Shown here: in pieces, positions 1-11,470 of the stretch | Position numbering within the stretch: the first letter of the stretch is position 1 | How the letters are laid out: each line of letters begins with the position of its first letter | Assembly: GCA_013239625.1 (NCBI GenBank) | Contig: MU053994.1 | Span: 1,739,775-1,803,774 of the forward strand | Reading direction: 5' to 3' | Source of the DNA: Lama guanicoe | Taxonomy: Eukaryota | DNA: 64,000 bases | Translations under genes and position numbers: made by a program | Notes under the pieces: model-generated | What the model saw: the letters and a program-made list of their open reading frames with translations, nothing else | Database searches by the model: none | Told to the model about the DNA's origin: nothing

Positions 1-326
1 AAGCTATTACCAAAGGTAAGTTTTATTTGAGTGACCTATCTGTATGGCCGGGCAAACATCTAATTACCAAACATCTGCTTTTCTTATTGTCCTGTAAAGC
101 ACTCTCCCGTCCTTGGAAACCCTAGGCCCCTATCCCATTCCTTAGCTCGGGATGGCATATAAACCTCAACTGCCCTCCTTGCCCTTGGGTCTTATATTTT
201 TATGGGAATCCCTTAGGTACAAAATGAAATTTGTTTTTCTCCTGTTAATCTGTCTTGTGTTCATTTGATCATTAGACCAGCCAAAGAACCTAGAAGGGTA
301 GAGGAAAAAAGTTTTCCTCCTCAACA
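1..326 (+). mobile_element. ERV1-class LTR (MER34-like), 3' part, cut by window edge
   Basis: Ends ...TGTTAATCTGTCTT...CCTAGAAGGGTAGAGGAAAAAAGTTTTCCTCCTCAACA, nearly the same 3' end as the LTR at 707-1260. Confidence 0.7.
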
Positions 327-706
327 CCTTCATGCAACTTTAAGATCCTTGAGTGAAATGGAACTTAGGAGAAATTACCTTCTTCTTGGAGATTCCTAAA
401 ATTGTCACCACAAAAAGGGAAGCCGATTCCGCCCAAAAGGCCAGTCTTCTCATGGTTCTGGGGTAAAAGGAGATCGAGGCTGCTCAGCCTCTGCCAAGCA
501 GGGTGCAGGGCATCTAGTGTGTGGCTCCCCAGTGTCAGACCCACACCTTCAGCCCAGTGACAGGGTTCCAGCCCCGGGGCCCCAGGGGGCTGGTGATCAG
601 CTTGGAGAATCCCCACCACCACCACCATCACCATCATGAAGTTGAGGTTGGACCCCTCTGGTTTCTATTATTGTAACTTTCAGATGCAAATGTTTACACT
701 TGTTCC

Positions 707-1260
707 TGAAGGGGAGCCGAGTTTGCCAGCCCAAAATATGCCTATTAGGCATCAGGATTATTTTAGGCTGATTATTTTTAAGAAACAACAGTCACAGAAG
801 ATGCTCTGAAAACAGAGTAGAAGTTTTGTAAGAGACATTTGCATGCACAAGAGACATCTCCATTTTCAAGAGTAGATCCCTCTCTGTCCTGGGAAGAGGA
901 AGATGACTCTAAATCTCTAGAAACTCTTTGAATGAAGCAGGCGTGGACTTAAATCTGTGCAACAACCTTACCTTTGTTGACTGTGCTTTTCCTGGTCACC
1001 TCCCATAAATGGCCACACCTCCAGCCCCCAGCATCTTCCTTAGTCTTTAGCTGGAAGTGGGATTTAAGGTGGTGGCTTGGGCCATTTCAGGGAGTTAGTA
1101 TTCCTGGGTCTCCTCCATGTATACAGGAGGTATATGTATTATTAAACTTCCATTTGTTTTTCCCGTTAATCTGTCTTCTATTATGGCAGGTGGGGGTAGA
1201 GGGGTTGTCTCAGCCAAGATCCTAGAAGGGTAGAGTGAAAATTATGTTTCCTCCCCCACA
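707..1260 (+). mobile_element. ERV1-class solo LTR (MER34-like)
   Basis: TG...CA termini; starts TGAAGGGGAGCCGAGTTTGCCAGCCCAAAATATGCC and ends CCTAGAAGGGTAGAGTGAAAATTATGTTTCCTCCCCCACA, resembling MER34-family consensus. Confidence 0.75.
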
Positions 1261-2016
1261 GCCCCCTTCCAGCCAGAAAGCCTGCGAGTGCAGCCATCCT
1301 GCCTGTTCTGTGGGTGCAGAGCAGCTGTGCACACCCACCCTCCCAGGAGGAGCAGAGCCAGTGAGTCACTGGGGACCCCATTATCATCTGAACCCCTATC
1401 CTGCACAGCTGAGAAAAGTCATTCCAGCACCTTTGCCCCAGAACAGGATGATGCGCTCTGGACTACTGGTAGCCTCAGCGTCAGTCCAGGAGAGGCTGCA
1501 GATTAAACCCCTCCCTCCAGGGCATCCGGTGCAATCTTGGCCTCAAAGGTGCCCAGTTGCTGTTAGGATCTCGAGAAACCCTGACCCTTTCTGAAGTGCC
1601 TGCTTGTGTTATTTCTGGGCTACCCTCAATCTTTTTCTGGATCATTAATACGCGAATACCCCTATCTTTAGCCGCAGGGTAGTTATCCACCCCTGCCCTC
1701 CTCTCTGTTCCCTTCTGGTGGTTGGCCTTGAAACCCTGACACCAGAAGGTTCTATGGGTGTTCCTTCTAGGAGACAGACAAGAGGACAAATTGTGACTCA
1801 TCCGGCAGCCCAGCCTGGGTTGGGGAAGGAGGGTGCCCCACCACAGGGAGAGGGCAGCAGGCTGAGCCCCAGGAGCCCTGGAGAGGGAGACATCCCATGG
1901 ATGGCCTGCTGTGAACAGTAAGGGGCCCTGGGCCAAGAGGGCGGTTGGTAAGGGGGTGGGGTTCAACCCTGAGCCAGAGCCTGTCTGGCCTCTATGTGTC
2001 CAAGACCCAACCTGAG

Positions 2017-2109
2017 CACACAAACACCCACACATCCCACACACCCCACACCCGCTCCTGCGCAGATACGAACACACAAAGACACACACACACACTCACA
2101 CATGTACAT

Positions 2110-2146
<37 letters not shown>
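2017..2146. repeat. (CA)n microsatellite with degenerate CA-rich flank
   Basis: Perfect CA run 2111-2146. Confidence 0.95.
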
Positions 2147-2147
<1 letters not shown>

Positions 2148-2329
2148 CTTGCAAAGCAATCTCCGCCGCACTTCCGTGATCAAACTCCTTCCCTCCTCAC
2201 TGACCCAGGCCATCTTTCCTCTCTCCGCTGCTGCCCCAGCCCCCACCAGGAGCTGGACCACGTTACCCACTCCTCTCCCCACCCCCTCAGCTTATTTTCT
2301 TTTCCTGAGCGATTTTAAGTTTCCATCTG

Positions 2330-3300
2330 TCATCTGAGGTCATTAATCCCAAGACAGAAGGCCAAAGAAGCCTACCCCACACAGCCAAGCCATTAACTAA
2401 TTGCAAAAGGTGCGCACATCACATCATATTAATCCCCCTGCAGCAGCCCAGCGCCCGCACCTCGCTTCCGGAGTTGTGCTGATAAAGAGGACGAGCCGCC
2501 TGCTACCGCCCGGGGTGGCGTTACCATGATGGATGGCCGTGTCCGGAAAGGGTGTGGGTCCGCCTCGGAGACTCATGTGTCAGGCAGAGGAGGGGCTGCG
2601 GGGGAGGCAGGCAGGAGAAAGTGGCCAGCTGCCAGGGGGATTTTTTTTTTCTCCAGCTGAGAAGGAGCCAAGACATCCTGTGTCCTCAGGCCTGGCCGGC
2701 CTCGACCACTGCCCCAGGCTGGCTGTGTGTCTGAGGACAAGCACAGGTGAGAAGACCTGAAAGGACCCCAGCCCCTTCCTTGCAGCAACTCTTCTCTCGC
2801 TAAGTCAGCAAGTTCAAGGAGACTGGCTTTCGATTGACCACCCACGGTCTGTGGACACAAACCTTCTTTCTGACGGTGGTCCTTGAGGGCAGGTGGCCTT
2901 GCCAAGTTTCCCCTCGCCTTGACTGGGGGCTGGCAGACCACGCCAGCCCCGTGCAGGGACTGTCTGATGGCCTGTTTCCCAGCGGGAATTATCAGCAGGT
3001 CTGCGAGCGTGCGAGCGTGCGAGCGTGCGTGCGCGCGCATCCTGCTTCTCCACTTCCAGGATGGGAATAAATTGCCTGATTGACAAACCTCCTCCGTAGT
3101 TTGTGCACACTGTGCCCGTGGGTCGGCTGTGGCTACAGTTGCAGTCAGCTGACCTAATCCATTTATCTTATTTATACCGTGTTCCATTTTCCATATGCGG
3201 AGCCGGGGCCTCCTGGATCTGGTATGCAAATTAGACACCATGATGTGCAAATGAGCAGAGGCCTGATGCTTTTCAAAATTATCATTAAGAATCTTGCCAC
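2330..3300. promoter_or_regulatory. Candidate enhancer block
   Basis: No recognisable repeat; CpG-retaining; TAATCC at 2344, 2430 and 3155, TAATTG 2398, X-box half GTTACCATG 2520, TGATTGACAA 3077, octamer ATGCAAAT 3224. Confidence 0.4.
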
Positions 3301-5394
3301 CCTGCCACTGGGTAGGAGGAGAGAGGCTGGAACTGAAAGTAGGTGATATATAGTTTCCATTCCTACGTGCTAGTCTCCACTCCCCTCCTCTCAGCCTTCT
3401 TGAAGCCTCACTGGCCCCTGTCCCCTTACACAGCCACTCTATTGTTGGGCACTGATGGGCACGGGCATCTCTGGGGACAAAAAGGCTGGCAGGACATTCA
3501 CAGTGAGCTAAACAAGGCCAGAAGGGGATTCCAACTGACACCATCCACACGCCTCGGACCCTGGAGTCCCCCAGCCCATTTCTTCAGTGAACAAAAGACA
3601 GAGGTTCACTGCCCCCGTTTTTCTTTTTATGGAGGGGCCGAGGAAGCCAGCGTGTGGATGAGGCCAAGGAGAACAGCCAAGTCTGAATCTGAATCGTCCT
3701 CAGGAACTCCAAGCGGTATGTCAACTGGGAGGCACTGCATGTGGTTCCACAAGGCATCCTGGAGGGTGAGCACCTCTGGGGGCCGGATGGAGGCCAGCCG
3801 GGGAGCCCAGGTTTGAGAAATAGGAAAGCAGAACTGTCCAAAACTCCTCCGTGGGGCGACTGTGCCCCTTCTGGGTCCCCCTGCTCCAGCTTCTGGCAGC
3901 CCACTGTGTTATGCTCTAGTGTGATATTCTAGAAAGGAACCTCATTTTAGTTCAAAGTTCCGTGGATTAATTTGAAGCCAACGTCTTACTTTTGTTTAAG
4001 ACACTGAAGAAAAGAACATGTAATCCCAGCTTTTCCAAAGGCGGAGCAAGAGCCTTCAATAACAAAGTTGTATTTCACTTGGCAATCACGGAAAGCCGCC
4101 CTTTTTTTTTTTCCAAGTGTCCTTGTTTGTTGTTCTGTTTCTAAGAATATGCAGAAGAGACATCTCCAGGGCAGTAGACACTCTTCCATCAGGAATTTCA
4201 AAAATGGCATTCAAAATATTTTGCCAACAGTTAGGCATATGTGAGCCTGGTTCCAGGATGCAAATCATGGTACCTGACGTCAGGAAGGGTATGGCAAGCT
4301 GTCTCTGACAAATAAGACAAGATTCGCAGAGGTTTTAGTAAAATTAAGTACAAGATCCTGAAGACGATAACGCCAGATTTAACCCCAAAGCGCCTGGTTT
4401 TCATTAAGAATGTACTCCAGCCCCTTGCTAGCTCTCAGTGCAAACCTACATCTCCTTTGGATCTTGTCTTAATATAGTTCACTAAGGGCAAGCCACCGCT
4501 GATGACCAGGCGATGTTTTTAATTACCGTTTCTGTGCACGTCTGCGTGGTCCTGTTACCATTCCAGCAGATACTTACAAATGTGACTTCTATGGGGTTCC
4601 CTGTGATCGCCACTAGGACTACAGCTGCTAATGAGAGCCAGGCAGGCCCCCAGCCAAGGGGGCCACTGATTATCAAGCCAAGAAACATCCAGACTCAGAA
4701 ACTAATGAGCTGGCAGAGAGACCAAAACAGACTAAGAATGTAGAGCACAGCACCGGGGAGAGAGGCCACCGAGACAACCTTAGAAGTGAGACAGAGCGGA
4801 GAGAGCAACTTTCATTCCAGCCGAACGTTTGCGGCGGCTAACAGACAGGGCAGCTGTGTCGGCGGGAGCAGAGGGAGCTATTTATTTGGAGGTCTTGGAG
4901 ATGTGGCTGCCACCCATCTGGGAAAGAACATGCGGGCCATAAAAGAGTAGATTTGTTCCCTGGAGGCTCTGCTTACTCAGGGAGCCAACGTTTGCAAATC
5001 AGCTCTGCCTGGGAGGATGCTTCCTGCCCGCCCTCCATGCCTCTGCGAATCTGCTCCACCATTCCAAGGCCGAGCTCTCATCCCATCCCCTCTGCTGGAC
5101 TGTCCCAATTAACAGTGTTGTGTTCTTTTTTTTTTTCACTAAACATCTATTAAGTTCCTTCTACATCTCATGCATGCATTAGGCTGGGTGCTGGGGAGAT
5201 GATTCTGTGATGGTCGCCGTCATGAGAGGATTGCTCGGAGACCAATACGGAGAGGATTTCCACCAGGAAGTGGGAGCCCCAGTGGCTGCTCCACTCACCA
5301 AGAAAGTAATCAGGTTCTGCTCTGTGACCTGCTCTCGCAGTATCATCTGGATCTGAGATTTCACTCTGGAATGGTTTCAGACATATGCCTTGGG

Positions 5395-6210
5395 GTAGAG
5401 ACCGGCCAGATGCTCACCAAAACTGTTTCCTCTTCCTAGGCACACAGTTAAACTAATTTCAAAGCCCTCTTTTATCTAGATGAGAGACTAGCTTTCACCA
5501 AATGTGAGTCAGAGGGATGAGAGGGTGAAGAATGAGGGTGACTTCTCTCGCGCACTTTCTCCTGCCTGCTGGCTGGATGATGCCAGAGTGACCTCGAAGA
5601 CACATTTTGGAGATAGCAATGCTACAACATGTTAGAAGCTAGATCAAGTTCCCCAAAAGAAGAGCTTGAGGTGGGGGCTCCCATGCAAGGGATTGAGTGA
5701 CAGAATGCCCCCATGTGAAACCTACAGAGGAAAGAGAGAAGCAGAATAAGTCAAGGGGAAACTCTGACTTAAGATGAAATTTAGCTTTTGATTCTCCAGG
5801 GAGATTCGGAAGATGAACAGCTCCACGGAGTTGTGTCCACTTGAGGCCAAGGAGACAGGCATCTGCACCCTGAGTCAGTCAGTCATTAGTTCTGGGCTAC
5901 CTCCCAAGGCTGCTCGTCGTCTCAGGCATTTCTGGGGTGGGGGAGTGGCTGCCTTGGACTCAGGGCAAATAGCTGGATAATGGTGTGATCGGGAGCCAAC
6001 ATTTACAACAGCTGCGAGATGGGAGTACCAGCCTGATAAAGGAGGACTGAGAAATGACCTAGTAGCATCTACTACAATGGGTTCCCTGAATGACTGCCTG
6101 GAGCAGAGCCCCCACCTGCATTTGACAGTGAAATGAACAAGAAGTAACCCTTCACTGCTGTAACTGTTGAGTCACTGAGAGTTTGGATTTGTTTGTTACA
6201 GTAGCTAGTG
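5395..6210 (+). mobile_element. MaLR LTR (MLT1J/K-like) interrupted by an ERVL LTR
   Basis: MLT1-like 5' part 5395-5640; 3' part 6076-6210 ends GTCACTGAGAGTTTGGATTTGTTTGTTACAGTAGCTAG. Confidence 0.6.
5641..6075. mobile_element. ERVL LTR (LTR33-like) nested in MLT1
   Basis: GTTCCCCAAAAGAAGAGCTTGAG...ATGCAAGGGATTGAGTGACAGAATGCCC resembles the LTR33 end; other end AGCATCTACTACA. Confidence 0.5.
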
Positions 6211-6244
6211 ACGGACAAGCTGGGCTCATAGCCTCCTAAACAAG

Positions 6245-6369
6245 AAGCTGGTGATCTTTCTCCTTAGAGGGCCAGATTGTAAATATTTTCAATATTTTCT
6301 TGGGCCACATGGGTCTCTGTTGCTACTGTTGGCCAGATTTGTCTTGTGGGCCTTAGTTTGCCAACCCTT
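6245..6369. mobile_element. hAT-Charlie MITE (MER58-like), internally deleted
   Basis: GGGCCAGATTGTAAATATTTT...GTCTCTGTTGCTACT...GGCCAGATTTG...TAGTTTGCCAACCC. Confidence 0.7.
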
Positions 6370-6824
6370 ATTCTAAGCTATAAGCCTCAGGAGTAGAGAG
6401 TCTGTTTTGGAGTTCTTTCTTTTTCACCTAAGGCCTAGGACAGAACTTTAGCTGTATTATGCAACTCATTAAATAAAGCCCAGGTGACTGATTTGAAAAT
6501 GGAAAAAATAAAAGTAAGGTTTGGGTTATGGTTATTCCTTAATTTGATTTCATCTTGAATGACCACAGAAGGGCTGACTTTCTGGGTCTGATGGAGTTTG
6601 TTCTGGATTGTTCGTGAGCTCCTTATGAGTTCCTATTGGAGATGGCTGGCTGCCTTGGCTGTCGGTGGAAGAGATCAGCAAGGTCTAGCATGCCAGCAGG
6701 CATGCAGAAGGACCAGCCTTACCATGTTCTAGAATCATGAGGCTGACCCATGATTCTAAACTTAAGTCCCCTTGGCTACAATCTCATCTTGATGCTCCCA
6801 TATCCAATTTTAATGGTAAACAAG

Positions 6825-7133
6825 CAAATATGACCATCATAGCCTGAGAAGAGCCTGGTAACCAGAAGCCCAGACCCATATGCGATGAGAGTCTAGCTCA
6901 CCCCACCAAGAAAGCTGCCTAGAATTAACAGAGGTGTGAGCCGAGTGTAAGGGGAGCCTTGAGTGGACGATAGAGGTGGGGGATAGTGAACATCACCTAT
7001 GGCCACAAGATCAATGAAATCTTCTTTTGTAAGTTTCCCAGGAAGTAAGACCATTCAGAACCCTGGAGAAGGTCTTCCCAAATGGGGCAAACTTACCTAG
7101 GAAGCAAGTAAATTGGAACAGCACAGGGGTAGA
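6825..7133 (+). mobile_element. ERVL internal 3' remnant (ERV3-16A3-int-like) ending in a polypurine tract
   Basis: GAGAAGAGCCTGGTAACCAGAAGCCCAGACCC...GGGAGCCTTGAGTGGACGATAGAGG; purine-rich AGGGGTAGA immediately precedes the TG of the LTR16. Confidence 0.55.
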
Positions 7134-7511
7134 TGTAGGGGACACTGTGGACATGAGTCAGTCCATGTCAGGGCCAACACACCCATGCCCCAGTGGCTGG
7201 GAATATCAGCTGTTGACAGCTCACAGCTGTGTCTTTCACTGGGCATTGCCCTCAGTCACAGGAAACTGCCTTGCCCAAGTTTATGTTGCCCTTTCAGGAG
7301 ATGGCCCTCAGCCATCTCTGGCTGATACAGGGGGACAAAGGCCTGGTCCCCTCACCTCAATTTGGGACAATTCTAAATGGCCACCCCAGCTCCAGTGCCC
7401 CCATATCTGCTGAGACCTTGGTTGCAGCTGCTTTATGGGCCAACTTCCCCACCCGGCTTCCCCCACTCCTTTACAGGTGCATCTCCAAGACACTTCCAAT
7501 AAACCTTCTGC

Positions 7512-9189
7512 AGGCGACAACTGACAAGGTGATCCTAGTGTTTATATGAAAGTGTAAAGGAACCAGAACAGCCAAAACAATTTTGAAAAGAAGAATAAAA
7601 TTAGACGACTTATACTTCCCAATTTAAATATACTGCAAAGCTATAGTAATCAAGATAGTGTGTTACCAGCATAAAGATTGATATATAAGCCAATGGTGCA
7701 GAATTGAAAGTCCAGAAAGAAACCCTTACATTTATGGCCAATTAATTTTCAACACAGGTGCCAAGACTATCTTTTCAATAAATGAGGCTGGGACTACTGG
7801 ATACACACATGCAAAAAAGATGAATTTAGATTCTAATCTGTCACCATACACAAAAGTTAACTCAAAATGGATCATAGATCTAAATGTTAGAGCTCAAACT
7901 ATACAACTCTTAGAAGAGCACATGACAAAATCTTTGTAAGTTGGATTAGTCTTTGTCTTAAATATGACACCAAAAGCATAACCCATAAAACTAAAAAATT
8001 ATAAATTGGACGACACCAAATTTTAAAACTTTTGCACTTCCAAACGCATCATTAAGAAAATGAAAAGACAAGCCACAGACTGGGAGAAAATATTTGCAAA
8101 TCATATATATGATAAAGGTCTTACATCAAAAAAAATTTTTTTTAACTCTTAAAACTCAATTAAGAAGACAAATAACCAATTTTTTTTTTACAATGAGCAA
8201 ATACATTTGTATAGTCCTTTCACCAAAGAATATATACGGATAGCTAATCAGCGTATGAAAAGATGCTCAATATCATTAGCCATTAGGGAAATGCAAATCA
8301 AACCCACAACAAGTTATCACTTCACACCCCGTACAGCTAGAATCAGAAAGACAGACAGTAGTAAGTGTTGCTGAGGATGTGGAGCAACTGGGAACTCTTA
8401 GACGCTGCTGGCGGAGATACAAAATGGTGCAGCCACTTCAAAAAACAATTTGTCAGTGTCTTAGGAAGTTAAACATCAATTTACCATATGACTCAGCAAT
8501 TCCACTCCTAGATAAATACCTAAGAGAAAATGAAAACATATGCCCACGTAAAGACTTGAGCACAGGCGATGCTAGCAGCATTATTCATTAACAGCCCGAA
8601 GTGGAAATAACTCAAATGTCCATCAACCGATGAACAGATAAATAAAATGTGGTCTATCCATGGGGAGGGTTGGCACAGTGGTAGAGCAAGTGTTTAACAT
8701 GCACAAGGTCCTGGGTTCAGTCTCCAGTACCATCATTAATAAATAAATAAATAAATAAATAAACAAATCTAATTACCTCCATCCAAAAAACATTTTTTTT
8801 TAAATGTGATCTACCCAGATGATACAATATTAGCCAGCCATACAAAGGAACAAAAGCGTGGATGCATGTTACAATGTGGATGAATCTTGAAAACATGCTG
8901 CCTAAGAAAAGAAGCCTACAAGAAGACCACATACTATGTAATTCTATTTAAATAACATATCCCAAAAGGCAAATCTGTAAAAACAGAAAGTATATTAATG
9001 ATTGCCTGGGGCTGGGGGTGGAAATGGTGTCTTCTTGGGGTGAAGGAAATGTTTTAAAGTTGGATTGTGGTGATGGTTGCACAACTAGATAAATTTCCTA
9101 GAAATCTTTGAACTGTATGCTTCAAACAGGTGAATTTTACAGTATGTAAATTATGATTCAATAAAGCTGTTTTGATAAAAAAAAAAAAA
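7512..9189 (+). mobile_element. 5'-truncated L1 (L1MB-like): decayed ORF2 C-terminus, 3'UTR and poly(A)
   Basis: Typical L1 ORF2 3' sequence (AACTCAAAATGGATCATAGATCTAAATGT; AGCCACAGACTGGGAGAAAATATTTGCAAA); AATAAA plus A tail; TSD AAACCTTCTGC (7501-7511) / AAACCTTCCGC (9187-9197). Confidence 0.92.
8662..8801 (+). mobile_element. tRNA-derived camelid-type SINE (Vic-1-like) inserted in L1
   Basis: A-box/B-box head GGCACAGTGGTAGAGC...CTGGGTTCAGTCTCC; (TAAA)n then CTAATTACCTCC tail; TSD AAATGTGGTCTATCCA / AAATGTGATCTACCCA. Confidence 0.85.
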
Positions 9190-9348
9190 CCTTCCGCCTC
9201 TGTATCTCTTGCTCAAACTCCATTTCCAGGGAACCCGACTGAAGACAACATATGTTGCATTTTAATAGAAATGCCTATTACTTTTTATCACTAGCCAAAT
9301 TTGAGAAAATTGCAGTTTCAAGATGAAAAGCCCCAGAGGATGCCCAAG

Positions 9349-9365
9349 TACACAGACCACGCACA

Positions 9366-9401
<36 letters not shown>
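9349..9401. repeat. (CA)n microsatellite
   Basis: CA run. Confidence 0.95.
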
Positions 9402-9404
<3 letters not shown>

Positions 9405-10149
9405 CCCCTTCAAGCTCTCTGCCTCGATACCACAGCCACCATCACGGTCAAGTTTGCTGACATGAGGTCTAGGACGTAGCACTGGAATCCCTTCCCATGA
9501 AGAAAATTACTCGATCCATGCCCACATGAAGCAGTTACAGAGGCCCATTCCACCATTCATCATCATTTTAAATTGTGCATTTTATTTTTAATAGCTGTTT
9601 CTGTTCCATGCTACTTGTCATAATTCTTTGGACTAGAAAGTTCAGCTCCCCGGAGGTGTAAACAGTAGTGGTATAAATTGCCTGTGTTTGGTGGGGGGGG
9701 CGAGGGTCAACGGGTTGGCAGGAAGGAGCCCAGGAGACAGTTTAGGAAACAGAGAAGGAAAGGGGAAAAAAAAAAAAAGGTGAGTTGATAAATAAGGACT
9801 CCGAGTTCATCCCCACAAGGCTGACTGGTCATTGCTCAATGTTGCAAGACACTGACTTCTTAGAGGTTTGCAGTAACAGCTCGCTCGAGTTGGAAATTGC
9901 TGTGAATGTGCGTTCTACCCGAGGCTGAGCCTGTGAAAAGAGTTCTCCGGCATCCCTGCCTCGCTGACAAGTCTGGGACATCACGTGATCCTTTGAGGGC
10001 TGCTGAGTCGGAGCTCCAGCAACCCTGCCCCCAAGCTCTTGACCACTGGACCGATCAGCAATAACCTTGTGCCATCTCATTCCCTCTGCCCCCTTGCTTC
10101 TGCCGTAAGTCCCAGCCACAGTACCATGCCCTTTTCACTGCCTGGGATG

Positions 10150-10410
10150 CTCACTCATTTACTCCCCAAACGTTTATGGAACATCTACCATGTGCCAATG
10201 GAACTACCTCTGGGCTAAGTTCCGGTTAAAACAAGCTGTGAATAACACAGCATCCACCCACAAGAAGCTCGCAGATGTCAAAATGGGGTGTTCCTTGTGC
10301 TGTGGTGGGTGTGTAAGGGGGAGACAGAGAGGTGGCTTTGGACAAGTCCACCTAGGAGACATTTGGGGAGGCTTCCAAGAAGAGGGGATGCTTACATGGT
10401 CTCTTCAAAG
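10150..10410 (-). mobile_element. L2 3' fragment
   Basis: CACTCATTTACTCCCCAAACGTTTATGGAACATCTACCATGTGCCA...GAGGCTTCCAAGAAGAGGGGATGCTT. Confidence 0.6.
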
Positions 10411-10484
10411 AAGGGTAGCCGCTAACAGACAAGGTGTTAGATTTCATCCAAAGGAGAGAACGTGTCAGTTTAAGCAAAACCCTG

Positions 10485-10686
10485 CAGTCACACTGCCCAT
10501 TAGAACTTCCTTTGATGACAAAAATGTTCTGTATCTGCACCATCTAAAACGGTCACCACTCACTAAACAAGTGCTTGAAATATGGCTAGTGTCACTGAGA
10601 AACAGAAATTTTTACTTTAATTTCAATTCATTTTAACTAAAGTTTAGATATGCACATGTGGCCAGAGGTAGCGAAGTGGGCAGCCC
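10485..10686. mobile_element. hAT-Charlie MITE (MER3-like)
   Basis: TAGAACTTCCTTTGATGACAAAAATGTTCTGTATCTGCAC...CTTGAAATATGGCTAGTG...CACATGTGGC. Confidence 0.75.
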
Positions 10687-11324
10687 CGCTCCCCGCACAA
10701 AACAGCGGGGGTCATTCCCAGAAGTGCTAGGGGTCATAAGAGACAGAAGAATCGGTTGATTGGGAACAGCTACTAGAAACACAGCCAGAAACACAGGTCA
10801 CCGAGGAGCTTGTGGGCGTGTCTCAGTCACTCACCGGGACAGCGACATGTACATAGCATCCTACCCAGTGAAGTAATTTGTCCATCTCTGCCTCCCCCCA
10901 CCCCACTCAAATGCTTACAGCTGCCAGAGGGAAATGGGATGAAAAAGGGCACACATGCACATTGCGAGTGTTCTGGTCGCTGTGTCCAGTTGACTAGTGC
11001 AAGTCCCATCGAGAGGGGGCAGCCACTACTCAGCATCAGGTGCACTGCTGTCCCGAAACGCAGCCCGCAAATTGCTTGATCTTCAAATGATTCAAGAGAA
11101 GCCAAAACTCACTATTTATTTTGTGAAATCATTCTGTCTCTAAACATTGGATACATTTTTTAAACACTCTACAGGTCAAGGAAACCCAATCTTGGGGCCG
11201 GGATTTGGTACTTGAACTCAAACTTGCAAGCAAGACTCCTCTCTCTACCTCTTTTATAGCACCTGCCATGCTATACAGTATGAAGCTGCGTTTATAATGC
11301 CCATCGCTCCCCGCTAGGCTCACC

Positions 11325-11470
11325 GTTCCTCGAGCACAGGGACCAAAGTCTTACTCATCCATCATTCCCAGAACCTAGGATAATGCCTGTACACGGTCTC
11401 TGTTTCATTGATGTTTGTTGAATGAATAAATGAATGGATGAATGAACGACTTGATTCATTGATCGAATGA
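11325..11470 (+). mobile_element. L2 3' end
   Basis: CCCAGAACCTAGGATAATGCCTG...TTTGTTGAATGAATAAATGAATGGATGAATGAA. Confidence 0.7.

Larger units (their letters stand above)
7134..9247 (+). mobile_element. ERVL LTR16-like 3' LTR, split by an L1 insertion (LTR pieces 7134-7511 and 9190-9247)
   Basis: Starts TGTAGGGGACACTGTG; poly(A) signal at 7498-7503; resumes after the L1 tail and ends CAGGGAACCCGACTGAAGACA. Confidence 0.7.

Noticed and set aside
1481..2337. ORFs rich in CV or HT dipeptides
   Set aside because: Translations of the (CA)n microsatellite
2573..3550. Longest ORF (325 aa, minus strand)
   Set aside because: No recognisable domain; crosses the GCGAGCGT repeat; consistent with chance openness in GC-rich DNA
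6730..6758. 10-bp perfect hairpin TAGAATCATG/CATGATTCTA
   Set aside because: Short and AT-rich; plausible by chance in 64 kb
8379..8591. L1 ORF2-like peptide (LPYDSAIPLL)
   Set aside because: Fragment of a dead, truncated L1, not a gene
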